DNA of 64,000 nt from an uncultured Actinomycetota bacterium (GCA_963701425.1 CAVPAG010000015.1:171621-235620); one strand, 5' to 3'. Positions 19,793 to 29,268 are shown, counted from the first letter of the stretch. Numbers and translations are program-made. The notes: a model not told the origin generated them from the letters alone.

Positions 19793-20913
19793 AGGTCTTC
19801 CTCTATCTCGACACCGGCCGAGGCGTCCTGCGAGGCGTCGAGCAGGAAGGTGTGCGCGGGCATCCAGTGCAGGTCCACACGGTCACCGCGGCGGAAGCTG
19901 TCACGAGCCCCGGTGTTCTGCTCGAAGACCATCAGCTCCTGCCCCCAGGGCAGACGGGCGAGGTACTGCGTGCTCACGCCGACGTAGCTGACGTCGGTCA
20001 CCACGGCGTCGCGGAACATGTTGGACCCGCTGTCGGTCTCGGACCCGGCCGCTGCGAGGAAGACCTTCTCGGGACGCACGCCGACCCACACGTCCCCCTC
20101 CGTCGAGCGCGCGCGGGAGATCGGTGCGACCAGCTTGTTCCCCTGTACGTCGATCCGCACGCTCTCGTGGTTGCGCTCGAGCACGGTCGCGGCCACGAGG
20201 TTCGACTGTCCCAGGAAGTTGGAGACGAACGTCGTCGCGGGGTTCTCGTAGAGCTCGAGAGGGTCGCCCATCTGCTCGATCACGCCGGCGTTCATGACCG
20301 CGATGGTGTCGGCCATCGTCATGGCCTCCTCCTGGTCGTGCGTCACGTGGACGAAGGTGATGCCGACCTCGGTCTGGATCCGCTTGAGCTCGATCTGCAT
20401 CTGCCGCCGCAGCTTGAGGTCCAGGGCACCGAGCGGCTCGTCGAGGAGCAGGACCCGGGGCCGGTTGATCAGCGCCCGGGCGAGGGCGACCCGCTGCTGC
20501 TGGCCACCCGAGAGCTGGGCCGGCTTGCGTCCGGCGTACTCCTCCAGCTCGACGAGCTCGAGCATGTCCCGCACCTTCGTCTTCACGTCCTTGTCGCCGC
20601 GCCGGCGCAGGCCGAAGGCGACGTTCTCGAAGATCGAGAGGTGCGGGAAGAGGGCGTAGCTCTGGAAGACCGTGTTGACCGGGCGCTTGTAGGGCTTGCG
20701 GTGGGTGATGTCCTCGTCGCCGAGCCTGATGCTCCCGATCGTGGGCTCCTCGAGCCCGGCCACCATGCGCAGGGTCGTGGTCTTGCCGCACCCGGAGGGT
20801 CCCAGCAGCGCGAAGAACGAACCCTCGGGAACCGTCAGGTCCAGGTCGTCGACCGCGGTGAACGACCCGAAGCGCTTGGTGAGCGAGGAGAGGACGAGAT
20901 CGGAGCGGGACAT
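19789..20913 (-). CDS. ABC transporter ATP-binding protein (PotA-like)
   Basis: Walker [10 protein letters not shown], signature [15 protein letters not shown], Walker [12 protein letters not shown], plus a C-terminal regulatory/TOBE-like extension. Confidence 0.93.
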   Translation of the reverse strand: MSRSDLVLSSLTKRFGSFTAVDDLDLTVPEGSFFALLGPSGCGKTTTLRMVAGLEEPTIGSIRLGDEDITHRKPYKRPVNTVFQSYALFPHLSIFENVAFGLRRRGDKDVKTKVRDMLELVELEEYAGRKPAQLSGGQQQRVALARALINRPRVLLLDEPLGALDLKLRRQMQIELKRIQTEVGITFVHVTHDQEEAMTMADTIAVMNAGVIEQMGDPLELYENPATTFVSNFLGQSNLVAATVLERNHESVRIDVQGNKLVAPISRARSTEGDVWVGVRPEKVFLAAAGSETDSGSNMFRDAVVTDVSYVGVSTQYLARLPWGQELMVFEQNTGARDSFRRGDRVDLHWMPAHTFLLDASQDASAGVEIEEDL

Positions 20914-20920
20914 GTGGGAC

Positions 20921-22162
20921 TCAGGCGCCGATCACCTGCGCGAAGTCCTGCTCGTACTTCGTGCGCGTCTTCTCGTCGAGTCCCATGAAGGCCCACGTGT
21001 TCGAGAGGAACTCCTCGTCGGGGAAGATCAGCGGCTGCTCGACGAGGCTCGGGTCGACCTTCTCCATGGCCTCCTTCGCACCCTCGACCGGGCACATGTA
21101 CCAGACCCAGGCCGCGAGCCGTGCCGCCACCTCGGGGTCGTAGTAGTAGTCCATCAGCTTCTCGGCGTTCGCCTTGTGGGTCGCCTTGTTCGGGACCAGC
21201 ATGTTGTCCGACCAGAGCGAGAGTCCCTCTGCCGGGGCCTCGACCCACTTGATGTCCGGGTTGCCGTCCTGCATCACCATGATGTCGCCGGACCAGGCCT
21301 CGCAGGCGACGATGTTGCCGGCGTTGAGGTCGCGGATGTAGTCGTTGCCGGTGAACCGGCGGATCTGGCCCGAGGCGACGTACTCCTCGAGCTTGTCGAG
21401 CGCCTGGCCGAACTGGTCCTCGGTGAAGTCGGCAGGGTCGGCCCCGACGATCTTCAGCATGAAGCCCATCGTGTCGCCCATCTCGCTGAGCAGGCTGACC
21501 TTGCCCTTGAGGTCGGCGCGGGTGAGGAGCTCCTCCATGCTGCGGACCTCCCCGGTGTACTTGGCGTTGTAGGCGATCCCGGTGACACCGCTCTGCCACG
21601 GCACGCTGTACTCGCGCTCGGGGTCCCAGCCGGGTGCCTGGAGGCTGGCGTTGAGGTTGGACTCGACGTTCGGCATGTTGGCCTTGTCGAGCTTCTGGAG
21701 CCAGCCGAGACCGACCATCCTGGCGGCCATCCAGTCGGTCAGCACGAAGATGTCACGCCCGGTGGGCTCGCACTCCGCGAGCTGGTTGCGGACCTTGGCG
21801 AAGAACTCGTTGTTGTCGTTGACGTCGGTGTTGTAGGTGACCTTGATCCCGGTCTGCTCCTCGAAGTCCAAGAGCGTCGGGATGACGGTCTGCTTCTGCC
21901 CCCCGACCTTCCTGGTCTCGACGTCGATGTACTCGGGCCAGTTGGAGAAGTTGAGCACCTTCTCGGTGTCGGACAGGTCGTCGCTGACGCAGGACTCCGC
22001 GGTCTGCTGGGCGCCCTCGGTGCCACACGCCGCGAGGAGGCTCGGGCTGCCGAGCGCCAGGGCGGACAAGGACGCGCCACGGAGGAAGCTGCGACGGCTG
22101 ACCCCCCTGCGCTGAGCCGCCGCCATGAGCGAGTCCAGCCCCGATCGAGAGTGCTCTGACAT
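20921..22162 (-). CDS. Polyamine-type ABC substrate-binding lipoprotein (PotD/PotF-like) with Tat-like signal
   Basis: ATG 22162 is preceded by AGGAGG. N-terminus ...RRGVSRRSFLRGASLSALALGSPSLLAACG (twin-arginine plus lipobox). The track ORF's extra 35 N-terminal codons look non-coding. Confidence 0.88.
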   Translation of the reverse strand: MSEHSRSGLDSLMAAAQRRGVSRRSFLRGASLSALALGSPSLLAACGTEGAQQTAESCVSDDLSDTEKVLNFSNWPEYIDVETRKVGGQKQTVIPTLLDFEEQTGIKVTYNTDVNDNNEFFAKVRNQLAECEPTGRDIFVLTDWMAARMVGLGWLQKLDKANMPNVESNLNASLQAPGWDPEREYSVPWQSGVTGIAYNAKYTGEVRSMEELLTRADLKGKVSLLSEMGDTMGFMLKIVGADPADFTEDQFGQALDKLEEYVASGQIRRFTGNDYIRDLNAGNIVACEAWSGDIMVMQDGNPDIKWVEAPAEGLSLWSDNMLVPNKATHKANAEKLMDYYYDPEVAARLAAWVWYMCPVEGAKEAMEKVDPSLVEQPLIFPDEEFLSNTWAFMGLDEKTRTKYEQDFAQVIGA

Positions 22163-22248
22163 GTGCGTTCCTCCTGCAAGCCGTCCGCAAGGGCGCCGTG
22201 GCATTTTCTGTGTGGATCTTGTCAAACCGAATCCGCGCCCACAAGGGA

Positions 22249-22319
22249 TTTCGTAGATATGAAACACGAAAGCAACGAATTCCTTTGCACTCTCTGCAAG
22301 TTCCTTTGACGGGTTTCGT
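22249..22319. promoter_or_regulatory. Repeat-rich, AT-richer divergent control region (candidate Lrp/AsnC operator array)
   Basis: TTTCGT (22249-22254) and its complement ACGAAA (22266-22271), with a third TTTCGT at 22314-22319. TTCCTTTG is repeated at 22280 and 22301, 21 bp apart. The region lies between the transporter operon and the Lrp gene. Confidence 0.45.
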
Positions 22320-22342
22320 CCGCTGCTGCCACTATCTCTCCT

Positions 22343-22825
22343 GTGAGCAGAGCATCGAGGTCAGAGCGCAACGGGGGCGCGACGCTCGACGACGTCTCCA
22401 AGGCGATCATCGAGGAGCTCCAGCAGGACGGTCGCCGTTCCTACGCAGCTATAGGCAAGGTCGTGGGCCTGTCCGAGGCGGCAGTCCGCCAACGGGTGCA
22501 GCGCCTCATCGACAGCAACGTCATGCAGGTGGTCGCGGTCACCGACCCGCTCGAGCTGGGGTTCGCCCGCCAGGCGATGATCGGCATCAAGGCCCACGGC
22601 GAGCTCGAGCCCATCGCCGACGAGCTCGCGCAGATGGAGGAGGTCGACTACGTGGTCATCACCGCGGGCTCGTTCGACCTGCTCGCCGAAGTGGTGTGCG
22701 AGAGCGACGAGCACCTGCTCGAGGTGCTCTCCCACCGGATCCGCAAGATCGAGAACGTCGTCTCCACCGAGACCTTCATGTACCTCAAGCTCCGCAAGCA
22801 GACCTACTCCTGGGGTGTGCGCTGA
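22343..22825 (+). CDS. Lrp/AsnC family transcriptional regulator
   Basis: HTH LDDVSKAIIEELQQDGRRSYAAIGKVVGLSEAAVRQRVQRL followed by an AsnC-type ligand-binding domain. Confidence 0.92.
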   Translation: MSRASRSERNGGATLDDVSKAIIEELQQDGRRSYAAIGKVVGLSEAAVRQRVQRLIDSNVMQVVAVTDPLELGFARQAMIGIKAHGELEPIADELAQMEEVDYVVITAGSFDLLAEVVCESDEHLLEVLSHRIRKIENVVSTETFMYLKLRKQTYSWGVR

Positions 22826-22875
22826 GCGGCTACCGCTCGCTCTCCCTGTGGCACGACACCGCCGGCGACGACTGG

Positions 22876-24210
22876 GTGCCGCGCGACGCGCTGGCCGGGG
22901 ACGTCCGCGCCGACGTCGCGATCGTCGGTGCGGGGCTCACCGGCCTGTGGACCGCCTACTACCTGCTGCGTAGCGACCCGACCCTGCGCGTGGTCGTCCT
23001 CGAGAGGGAGACCGCCGGGTTCGGGGCGTCGGGCCGCAACGGTGGCTGGGCATCGGCCCTCTTCCCCGCCTCGCTCGACAAGGTCGCCGCACTGCCCGGG
23101 TCGGGCCGCGAGGCCGCGCTGGCACTCCACGCGGCGATGCGGGCCTCGGTCGACGAGGTCGGACGCGCAGCCTCCGCCGAAGGGATCGACGCGCACTTCG
23201 CCAAGGGCGGCACGATCTCGCTCGCCCGGAGCCGCGCGCAGCTGAGGTCGGCCCGCGCCGACGTCGAGCACGCACGCGACTGGGACCGCGACACCGACGA
23301 CCTCCGGCTGCTGTCGGCGACCGAGGCGCGCGCGCGGCTCGCCGCGACCCACGTCCTGGGCGCGACGTACACGCCCGACTGCGCTGCGATCCATCCCGCC
23401 CGCCTCGTCCGCGGGCTCGCCGAGGTCGTCGAGTCCAGCGCCGGCGGCAGGATCTACGAGCAGACCCCGGTGACCTCTCTCGAGCCGCACCGCGTCCGCA
23501 CACCGCGCGGCACGGTGGCCGCGGACGTCGTCGTGCGCGCGACCGAGGGGTACACCGCCTCGTTGAAGGGGCACCGTCGCCGGGTCGCCCCCGTGTACTC
23601 GTTGGTCATCGCGACCGAGCCCCTTCCGCAGCGCACCTGGGACGAGATCGGCCTGCACGAGCGCGAGACGTTCACCGACTACCGCAACCTGATCGTCTAC
23701 GGCCAGCGGACCCAGGACGGGCGACTGGTCTTCGGCGGCCGTGGGGCTCCGTACCACTTCCGCTCCGCCACCCGGCCTGAGTTCGACCGCGACCCCCGCG
23801 TCTTCGCGTTGCTGTGGTCCACGCTCCGCGAGATGTTCCCCGCCCTGCAGGGCACGAAGGTCACCCACGCGTGGGGCGGCGCGCTCGGCGTGCCCCGTGA
23901 CTGGTGCGCGTCGGTGGGTCTCGACACCGCGACCGGACTCGCGTGGGCGGGCGGGTACGTCGGCGACGGCGTGACGACGACGAACCTGGCCGGACGCACC
24001 CTGCGGGACCTCGTCCTGGGCAGGACGAGCGAGCTCACCGAGCTTCCCTGGGTCGGTCACCGCTCCCGCGACTGGGAGCCGGAGCCGCTGCGGTGGCTCG
24101 GCGTCAACGCCGGGCTGCGTGCCATGGGCCTGGCGGACCACGAGGAGCGGCTGACCCGCCGACCGAGCCGGATCGCTCGCGCCATGTCCCCCTTGCTCGG
24201 AGGGCACTGA
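22876..24210 (+). CDS. FAD-dependent oxidoreductase (PuuB/DadA-like), start uncertain
   Basis: ADVAIVGAGLTGLWTAYYL. GTG 22876 is the first canonical start after the Lrp stop. The in-frame sequence upstream (SGYRSLSLWHDTAGDDW, 22825 onward) still looks protein-like, with only CTG codons (22810, 22822) available. The long track ORF from 22198 overlaps the whole Lrp gene and is rejected. Confidence 0.8.
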   Translation: MPRDALAGDVRADVAIVGAGLTGLWTAYYLLRSDPTLRVVVLERETAGFGASGRNGGWASALFPASLDKVAALPGSGREAALALHAAMRASVDEVGRAASAEGIDAHFAKGGTISLARSRAQLRSARADVEHARDWDRDTDDLRLLSATEARARLAATHVLGATYTPDCAAIHPARLVRGLAEVVESSAGGRIYEQTPVTSLEPHRVRTPRGTVAADVVVRATEGYTASLKGHRRRVAPVYSLVIATEPLPQRTWDEIGLHERETFTDYRNLIVYGQRTQDGRLVFGGRGAPYHFRSATRPEFDRDPRVFALLWSTLREMFPALQGTKVTHAWGGALGVPRDWCASVGLDTATGLAWAGGYVGDGVTTTNLAGRTLRDLVLGRTSELTELPWVGHRSRDWEPEPLRWLGVNAGLRAMGLADHEERLTRRPSRIARAMSPLLGGH

Positions 24211-24440
24211 GCTCTGGGCGCTGGTGCTGACTGATGGTGCCGTCCCGCAGGGCCATTCCGGCAGCACCCGCGTAGGTCCAAGGTCCGGCTCCGAACCGCT
24301 CCATCGGGTCATTGAAGGCCGCGACCTGTCCGCGGTCTGCTGGACGGGTCGTCCGGGGGATGACGGGGGATGCGGACGAAGCCGCACCCGCCTGCACGCC
24401 ACGGAGCCCCTGCTCCAGCGGACCGCGGGAGGCACACCTC

Positions 24441-25184
24441 ATGAGCAGACCACCCATCGCTCTCTACAACGGATCCGGCCGGCTGGAGGACCTGCTCGGG
24501 TTCCGGCGGGTCGTCCTCCAGCCGGCCCTTTACTCGGGCGAAGAGCTGGCGGAGCTGAGGGCAGGCGGGACCGCCCCGCTGGCCCACCTGGCGCTCTCCC
24601 AGGACCCGGGGCCTCCGGCGCCGTGGCAACGGACCCAGCCCGACCCCGTCCGGGGGACAGCGCTCGTCCACGTCGACCACAGCGGGTGGCAGGACCACGT
24701 TCGGAGGCAGGCACAGCGGCACCTCGACGCGGGGTTCGCCGGGCTGTTCCTGGACTCCCTCGACATCGAGTGGACCCACCCCGAGGACGTGACGCACCTG
24801 CTCTCGCTCATCGGCGACCTGAGGGAGCTGGCCGGTCCGGCGTACCTCCTGGCGAACCGGGGCTTCGGGATGCTGCCGCGAATGGCCGAGCTGGTGGACG
24901 GCGTTCTCTTCGAGTCGTTCTCCTCGCGCTGGGTCGACGGCTCCTGCACCCTGTGGCCGCCGGACGTTCTCGACGCCAACGCCGAGATGGCCGAGGCCCT
25001 CCTCGGCTACGACCTGAACCTCTACGCGCTCGACTACGCGACCGACCCGGCGCTCACCTCGGTCGTGGAGCGGCGCGCTCGATGCTTCGGCATGACCTGC
25101 TTCGTGTCCGACCACGCGCTCTCGCGTCTGCCGTCGGTGAACGCCGCCGTCGACCATCGGGAGCAGAATCGAACCCTTCGGTAA
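24441..25184 (+). CDS. Hypothetical TIM-barrel glycoside-hydrolase-like protein (GH114 / endo-alpha-1,4-polygalactosaminidase-like), no signal peptide
   Basis: ATG 24441 is preceded by GGGAGG. Segments GFAGLFLDSLD and YLLANRGFGMLP...VDGVLFESF resemble the GH114-type barrel. The family call rests on weak by-eye similarity only. Confidence 0.5.
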   Translation: MSRPPIALYNGSGRLEDLLGFRRVVLQPALYSGEELAELRAGGTAPLAHLALSQDPGPPAPWQRTQPDPVRGTALVHVDHSGWQDHVRRQAQRHLDAGFAGLFLDSLDIEWTHPEDVTHLLSLIGDLRELAGPAYLLANRGFGMLPRMAELVDGVLFESFSSRWVDGSCTLWPPDVLDANAEMAEALLGYDLNLYALDYATDPALTSVVERRARCFGMTCFVSDHALSRLPSVNAAVDHREQNRTLR

Positions 25185-25220
25185 CGTTTATCTCGGCGAG
25201 AACTGGTTAGGGAACGTCCC

Positions 25221-26774
25221 ATGGATTCAGAAACCGTTCTCGCCGCCGAGGGCACCACGACATGGCCCTGGCTCGCCGAAGCAGAGAAGGCGATCAACTC
25301 CTTCTTCGACCCCATCGCCGACGCGGTCAGCAGCGCGATCTTCTACGCCCCCACCATCATGGGCGCCGAAGTGCCGCTGATCGTCTTCTGGCTCGTCATC
25401 GCCGCAGCGATCTTCACCATCTACTTCCGCGGGATCCAGTTCACGGGGTTCAAGACCGCGTTGGACCTCGTCCGCGGGAAGTACTCACGTGCCAGTGATC
25501 CTGGCGAGGTCACGCACTTCCAGGCGCTCTCGTCGGCCGTGTCGGGCACCGTCGGCCTCGGCAACATCGCCGGTGTCGGTGTCGCCGTGACTGTCGGTGG
25601 CCCGGGCGCGACGTTCTGGATGATCGTCGCCGGTGTCCTCGGCATGTGCACGAAGTTCGTCGAGTGCACGCTCGGTGTGAAGTACCGCGAGGTCCACGAG
25701 GACGGCACCGTCACGGGAGGCCCCTTCCGCTACCTGCCGGTCGCCTTCGAGCGGTTCGGCTCCGGGGTCTCCCGCGGGCTGACCATCGTGTTCGCGATCG
25801 CCCTGTTCCTCTTCGGAGCGGTCGGCGGCAACATGTTCCAGGCCAACCAGACCTTCGCCCAGGCGCGTGAGGTCACCGGTGGCGAGGACGGCCTCCTCGG
25901 CACCCCCGGCTCCGCGCTGATCTTCGGCATCATCCTCGCCGCCCTGACCGGTGCGGTCATCCTCGGCGGCCTGAAGTCGATCGCCGCCGTGACCAGCAAG
26001 CTGGTGCCGTTCATGGCGATCCTGTACATCGTCGCCTGCCTGCTCGTCATCATGGTCAACTTCCCGCAGATCCCGGCTGCGTTCGGCGCGATCGTCAGCG
26101 GCGCCTTCAACCCCGAGGGCGTGGCCGGTGGCGTGCTCGGCGTGCTGATCATCGGCTTCCAGCGCGCTGCCTTCTCGAACGAGGCGGGTGTCGGCTCCGC
26201 GCCGATCGCGCACTCCGCAGTCAAGACCAAGCACCCCGTCAGCGAGGGCTTCGTCTCCCTCCTCGAGCCGTTCATCGACACCGTCGTGATCTGCACGATG
26301 ACCGCCCTGACCATCGTCATCGCCGACACCGCGTACTACAGCGAGGCCCGCGAGACCGTCGCGAGCGGTGGAGCCACCCCCGACGGCGTCGTGGTCACCT
26401 CGCGGGCGTTCGAGACCTTCCTGCCGCAGTTCCCCATCATCCTCGCGATCGCGGTTGCGCTGTTCGCCTTCTCGACGCTGATCACCTGGAGCTACTACTC
26501 GATGAAGGCCTGGACGACGCTGTTCGGCCGGTCCCCGCGCAGCGAGCTGACCTTCAAGCTCATCTTCTGCGTGTTCACCGTGATCGGCACGGTCATGACC
26601 TTCACCTCGGTCCTCACCTTCGCCGACTCGATGTTGTTCGTCTGCGCGATCGTCAACCTGCTCGCCTGTTACCTGCTCCTGCCCAAGGTCCGCGAGGAGC
26701 TGCGCAGCTTCCGCGAGGGCCGGCGCTCGGGCGAGATCCAGGAGGTCCCGGTCGAGGAGAGGGCCACGAGCTGA
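25221..26774 (+). CDS. Alanine/glycine:cation symporter (AGCS family)
   Basis: The signature FQALSSAVSGTVGLGNIAGVGVAVTVGGPGATFWM and the multi-TM architecture are typical of AgcS. Confidence 0.9.
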   Translation: MDSETVLAAEGTTTWPWLAEAEKAINSFFDPIADAVSSAIFYAPTIMGAEVPLIVFWLVIAAAIFTIYFRGIQFTGFKTALDLVRGKYSRASDPGEVTHFQALSSAVSGTVGLGNIAGVGVAVTVGGPGATFWMIVAGVLGMCTKFVECTLGVKYREVHEDGTVTGGPFRYLPVAFERFGSGVSRGLTIVFAIALFLFGAVGGNMFQANQTFAQAREVTGGEDGLLGTPGSALIFGIILAALTGAVILGGLKSIAAVTSKLVPFMAILYIVACLLVIMVNFPQIPAAFGAIVSGAFNPEGVAGGVLGVLIIGFQRAAFSNEAGVGSAPIAHSAVKTKHPVSEGFVSLLEPFIDTVVICTMTALTIVIADTAYYSEARETVASGGATPDGVVVTSRAFETFLPQFPIILAIAVALFAFSTLITWSYYSMKAWTTLFGRSPRSELTFKLIFCVFTVIGTVMTFTSVLTFADSMLFVCAIVNLLACYLLLPKVREELRSFREGRRSGEIQEVPVEERATS

Positions 26775-26873
26775 TCCAGGACGCGGTGGTGGCACTCCGT
26801 CCGATTTAGGAGTAAACAAGTCCTCGCAGCCGGACGGCACGCACAGCCCGACGCACACGAGGGAGCCACCACC

Positions 26874-29063
26874 ATGTCGACCACGACACCAACAGAACAG
26901 CGCAGCCGGAAGATGACCCCGAGGTCGATGGCCATCTGGGGGGCGGTCGCAGTAGTCGGCGCCCTGTGCTGGACGGTTCTGGCTCTCTCGCGCGGCGAAG
27001 AGGTATCCGCTCTGTGGATCCTCTTCGCCGCGCTGTCGTCCTACGCGATCGCCTACCGCTTCTACGCACGCTTCATCGCCTACCGGGTCCTCGGCGTCGA
27101 CGACACGCGCGCCACCCCGGCCGAGCGGCACCACAACGGTGTCGACTACGACGTGACCGACCGGCGGGTTCTCTTCGGGCACCACTTCGCCGCGATCGCC
27201 GGCGCCGGCCCCCTCGTCGGTCCCGTGCTCGCGGCTCAGATGGGTTACCTGCCGGGCACGATCTGGATCATCGTCGGCGTCATCCTCGCCGGCGCCGTGC
27301 AGGACATGGTGGTGCTCTTCTTCTCCATGCGCCGCGACGGCAAGAGCCTCGGGCAGATGGTGCGCGAGGAGATCGGCGTGGTCGGCGGCATCGCCGCCCT
27401 GATCGCGGTCTTCGCGATCATGATCATCATCCTGGCCGTGCTCGCGCTCGTGGTCGTCAACGCCCTCGCCGAGTCCCCCTGGGGCGTCTTCTCCATCTCG
27501 CTGACCATCCCGATCGCCCTGTTCATGGGCTACTACCTGCGCCACATCCGGCCCGGCCGGGTCATGGAGGTCACCGCGATCGGCGTCGCTCTCCTGCTGC
27601 TCGCGATCATCGGCGGCGGGTACGTCGACCAGATGGGTCTCTCCGACGCCCTGACCCTGTCCAAGGAGCAGCTCACGCTGGGCCTGGTGATCTACGGCTT
27701 CGTCGCCTCGATCCTTCCCGTGTGGATGCTCCTCACCCCGCGCGACTACCTCTCGACCTTCATGAAGATCGGTGTGATCGTGCTCCTCGCGGTCGGGCTC
27801 GTCTTCGCCGCGCCGGTGCTGCAGAACGAGGCGGTGACCGACTTCGCGATCGAGGGCACCGGGCCGGTGTTCGCGGGCAAGCTCTTCCCGTTCGTCTTCA
27901 TCACGATCGCCTGCGGGGCGCTCTCCGGCTTCCACGCGCTGATCTCCTCGGGCACGACCCCGAAGATGATCGCCAAGGAGAGCCAGGTCCGGATGATCGG
28001 CTACGGCGGCATGCTGATGGAGTCCTTCGTGGCGATCAGCGCCCTCATCGCCGCCTCGGTGATCGACCAGGGTCTCTACTTCGCGATGAACGCCCCCGCG
28101 GGCGCCACCGGCGGCGAGCCCGGCGCCGCGGCCGAGTTCATCCGCACCCTCGGCTTCACGATCAGCCCCGCCGACCTCACGGCCGCCGCCCAGTCGGTCG
28201 AGGAGGAGACGCTCATCTCGCGCACCGGTGGCGCTCCCACCCTGGCGTTCGGGATGTCGTTGATCTTCACCGACGCCTTCGGCGGCGCCCTCGCCGCGTT
28301 CTGGTACCACTTCGCGATCATGTTCGAGGCGCTGTTCATCCTCACCGCGGTCGACGCCGGCACCCGCGTGGGTCGCTTCATGCTGCAGGACACGATCGGC
28401 AACGTGTGGCCCAAGTACGCCGAGATCTCCTGGAGGCCGGCGTCCTGGTCGGCGAGCGCGATCGTGGTCGGGCTGTGGGGCTACATGCTCTACGTCGGGG
28501 TCACCGACCCGCTCGGTGGCATCAACCAGCTCTTCCCGCTGTTCGGTATCGCCAACCAGCTCCTCGCCGCGATCGCTCTGACCCTCGCCACGACCCTGCT
28601 GATCAAGCACGGCAAGCTCAAGTGGGCCTGGGTCACCGGCGTCGGCCTCGCGTGGGACCTCATCGTCACGATGACCGCGAGCTACCAGAAGGTCTTCTCC
28701 TCCGACCCGAAGATCGGCTACTGGGAGCAGCGCTCGGTGTACCAGACCGCGATGGACAACGGTGAGGTCCTGGCGCCTGCCACCGACATGGACCAGATGC
28801 AGCAGATCGTCACGAACTCCGGCGTGAACGGCACCCTCCAGGCAGCGTTCGCCCTGCTGGTGATCGTGATCGTCGCCAACGCCGTCGTGATCTGGGTCAG
28901 GGCGATCCGGGCCGGCGGGCTGCCCACCACCGAGGTGCCCAAGCAGCCGTCCCACATCGTCGCCCCGTCCGACTTCTTCGCGACCAAGGAGGAGAAGGAG
29001 GCCGTGCGTGAGTGGGAGGCGTCGCAGGGCGGCGGTGACCTCGTCGGAGGTAGCCGGCGATGA
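26874..29063 (+). CDS. cstA: Carbon starvation protein A (peptide/pyruvate transporter family)
   Basis: GAGGGAG SD. N-terminal region ...YRFYARFIAYRVLGVDDTRATPA...GHHFAAIAGAGPLVGPVLAAQMGYLPG is diagnostic for CstA. 729 aa. Confidence 0.93.
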   Translation: MSTTTPTEQRSRKMTPRSMAIWGAVAVVGALCWTVLALSRGEEVSALWILFAALSSYAIAYRFYARFIAYRVLGVDDTRATPAERHHNGVDYDVTDRRVLFGHHFAAIAGAGPLVGPVLAAQMGYLPGTIWIIVGVILAGAVQDMVVLFFSMRRDGKSLGQMVREEIGVVGGIAALIAVFAIMIIILAVLALVVVNALAESPWGVFSISLTIPIALFMGYYLRHIRPGRVMEVTAIGVALLLLAIIGGGYVDQMGLSDALTLSKEQLTLGLVIYGFVASILPVWMLLTPRDYLSTFMKIGVIVLLAVGLVFAAPVLQNEAVTDFAIEGTGPVFAGKLFPFVFITIACGALSGFHALISSGTTPKMIAKESQVRMIGYGGMLMESFVAISALIAASVIDQGLYFAMNAPAGATGGEPGAAAEFIRTLGFTISPADLTAAAQSVEEETLISRTGGAPTLAFGMSLIFTDAFGGALAAFWYHFAIMFEALFILTAVDAGTRVGRFMLQDTIGNVWPKYAEISWRPASWSASAIVVGLWGYMLYVGVTDPLGGINQLFPLFGIANQLLAAIALTLATTLLIKHGKLKWAWVTGVGLAWDLIVTMTASYQKVFSSDPKIGYWEQRSVYQTAMDNGEVLAPATDMDQMQQIVTNSGVNGTLQAAFALLVIVIVANAVVIWVRAIRAGGLPTTEVPKQPSHIVAPSDFFATKEEKEAVREWEASQGGGDLVGGSRR

Positions 29064-29248
29064 CAGCGGCGCTCGCGCGAGCCGGACGCGGGCTGGTCTG
29101 GTACCTCAAGCAGCTGTCCGGCGAGGCCAAGTGGGACGAGTACGTCGAGCGCTGCGCCCGCGAGGGCACCGCACCGATGACCCGACGCGAGTTCGAGCGG
29201 CACCGCGCCGAGCACCAGGAGCGCAACCCGCAGTCCCGCTGCTGCTGA
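29060..29248 (+). CDS. YbdD/YjiX family small protein (CstA-associated)
   Basis: A 62-aa ORF whose ATG overlaps the cstA stop (ATGA). ...EYVERCAREGTAPMTRREFERHRAEHQERNPQSRCC matches the DUF466 family, which always follows cstA. Confidence 0.85.
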   Translation: MTAALARAGRGLVWYLKQLSGEAKWDEYVERCAREGTAPMTRREFERHRAEHQERNPQSRCC

Positions 29249-29268
29249 ACCACCTCAGGTAGCGACAC

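Noticed and set aside
24104-24457. A minus-strand 117-aa ORF spanning the oxidoreductase 3' end and the following spacer.
   Set aside because: It mostly overlaps the well-supported FAD oxidoreductase in antisense. Only a short stretch (about 24230-24400) looks moderately coding-like, and it has no start or recognisable motif. It is noted under the GH114-like finding instead.
25485-28955. A 1156-aa minus-strand ORF, the longest in the track.
   Set aside because: It is exactly antisense to the well-supported agcS and cstA genes. Its composition (runs of G/D/R/E/H, no recognisable motifs) is typical of shadow ORFs in very GC-rich DNA, where stop codons are rare in the antisense frame that shares third positions.
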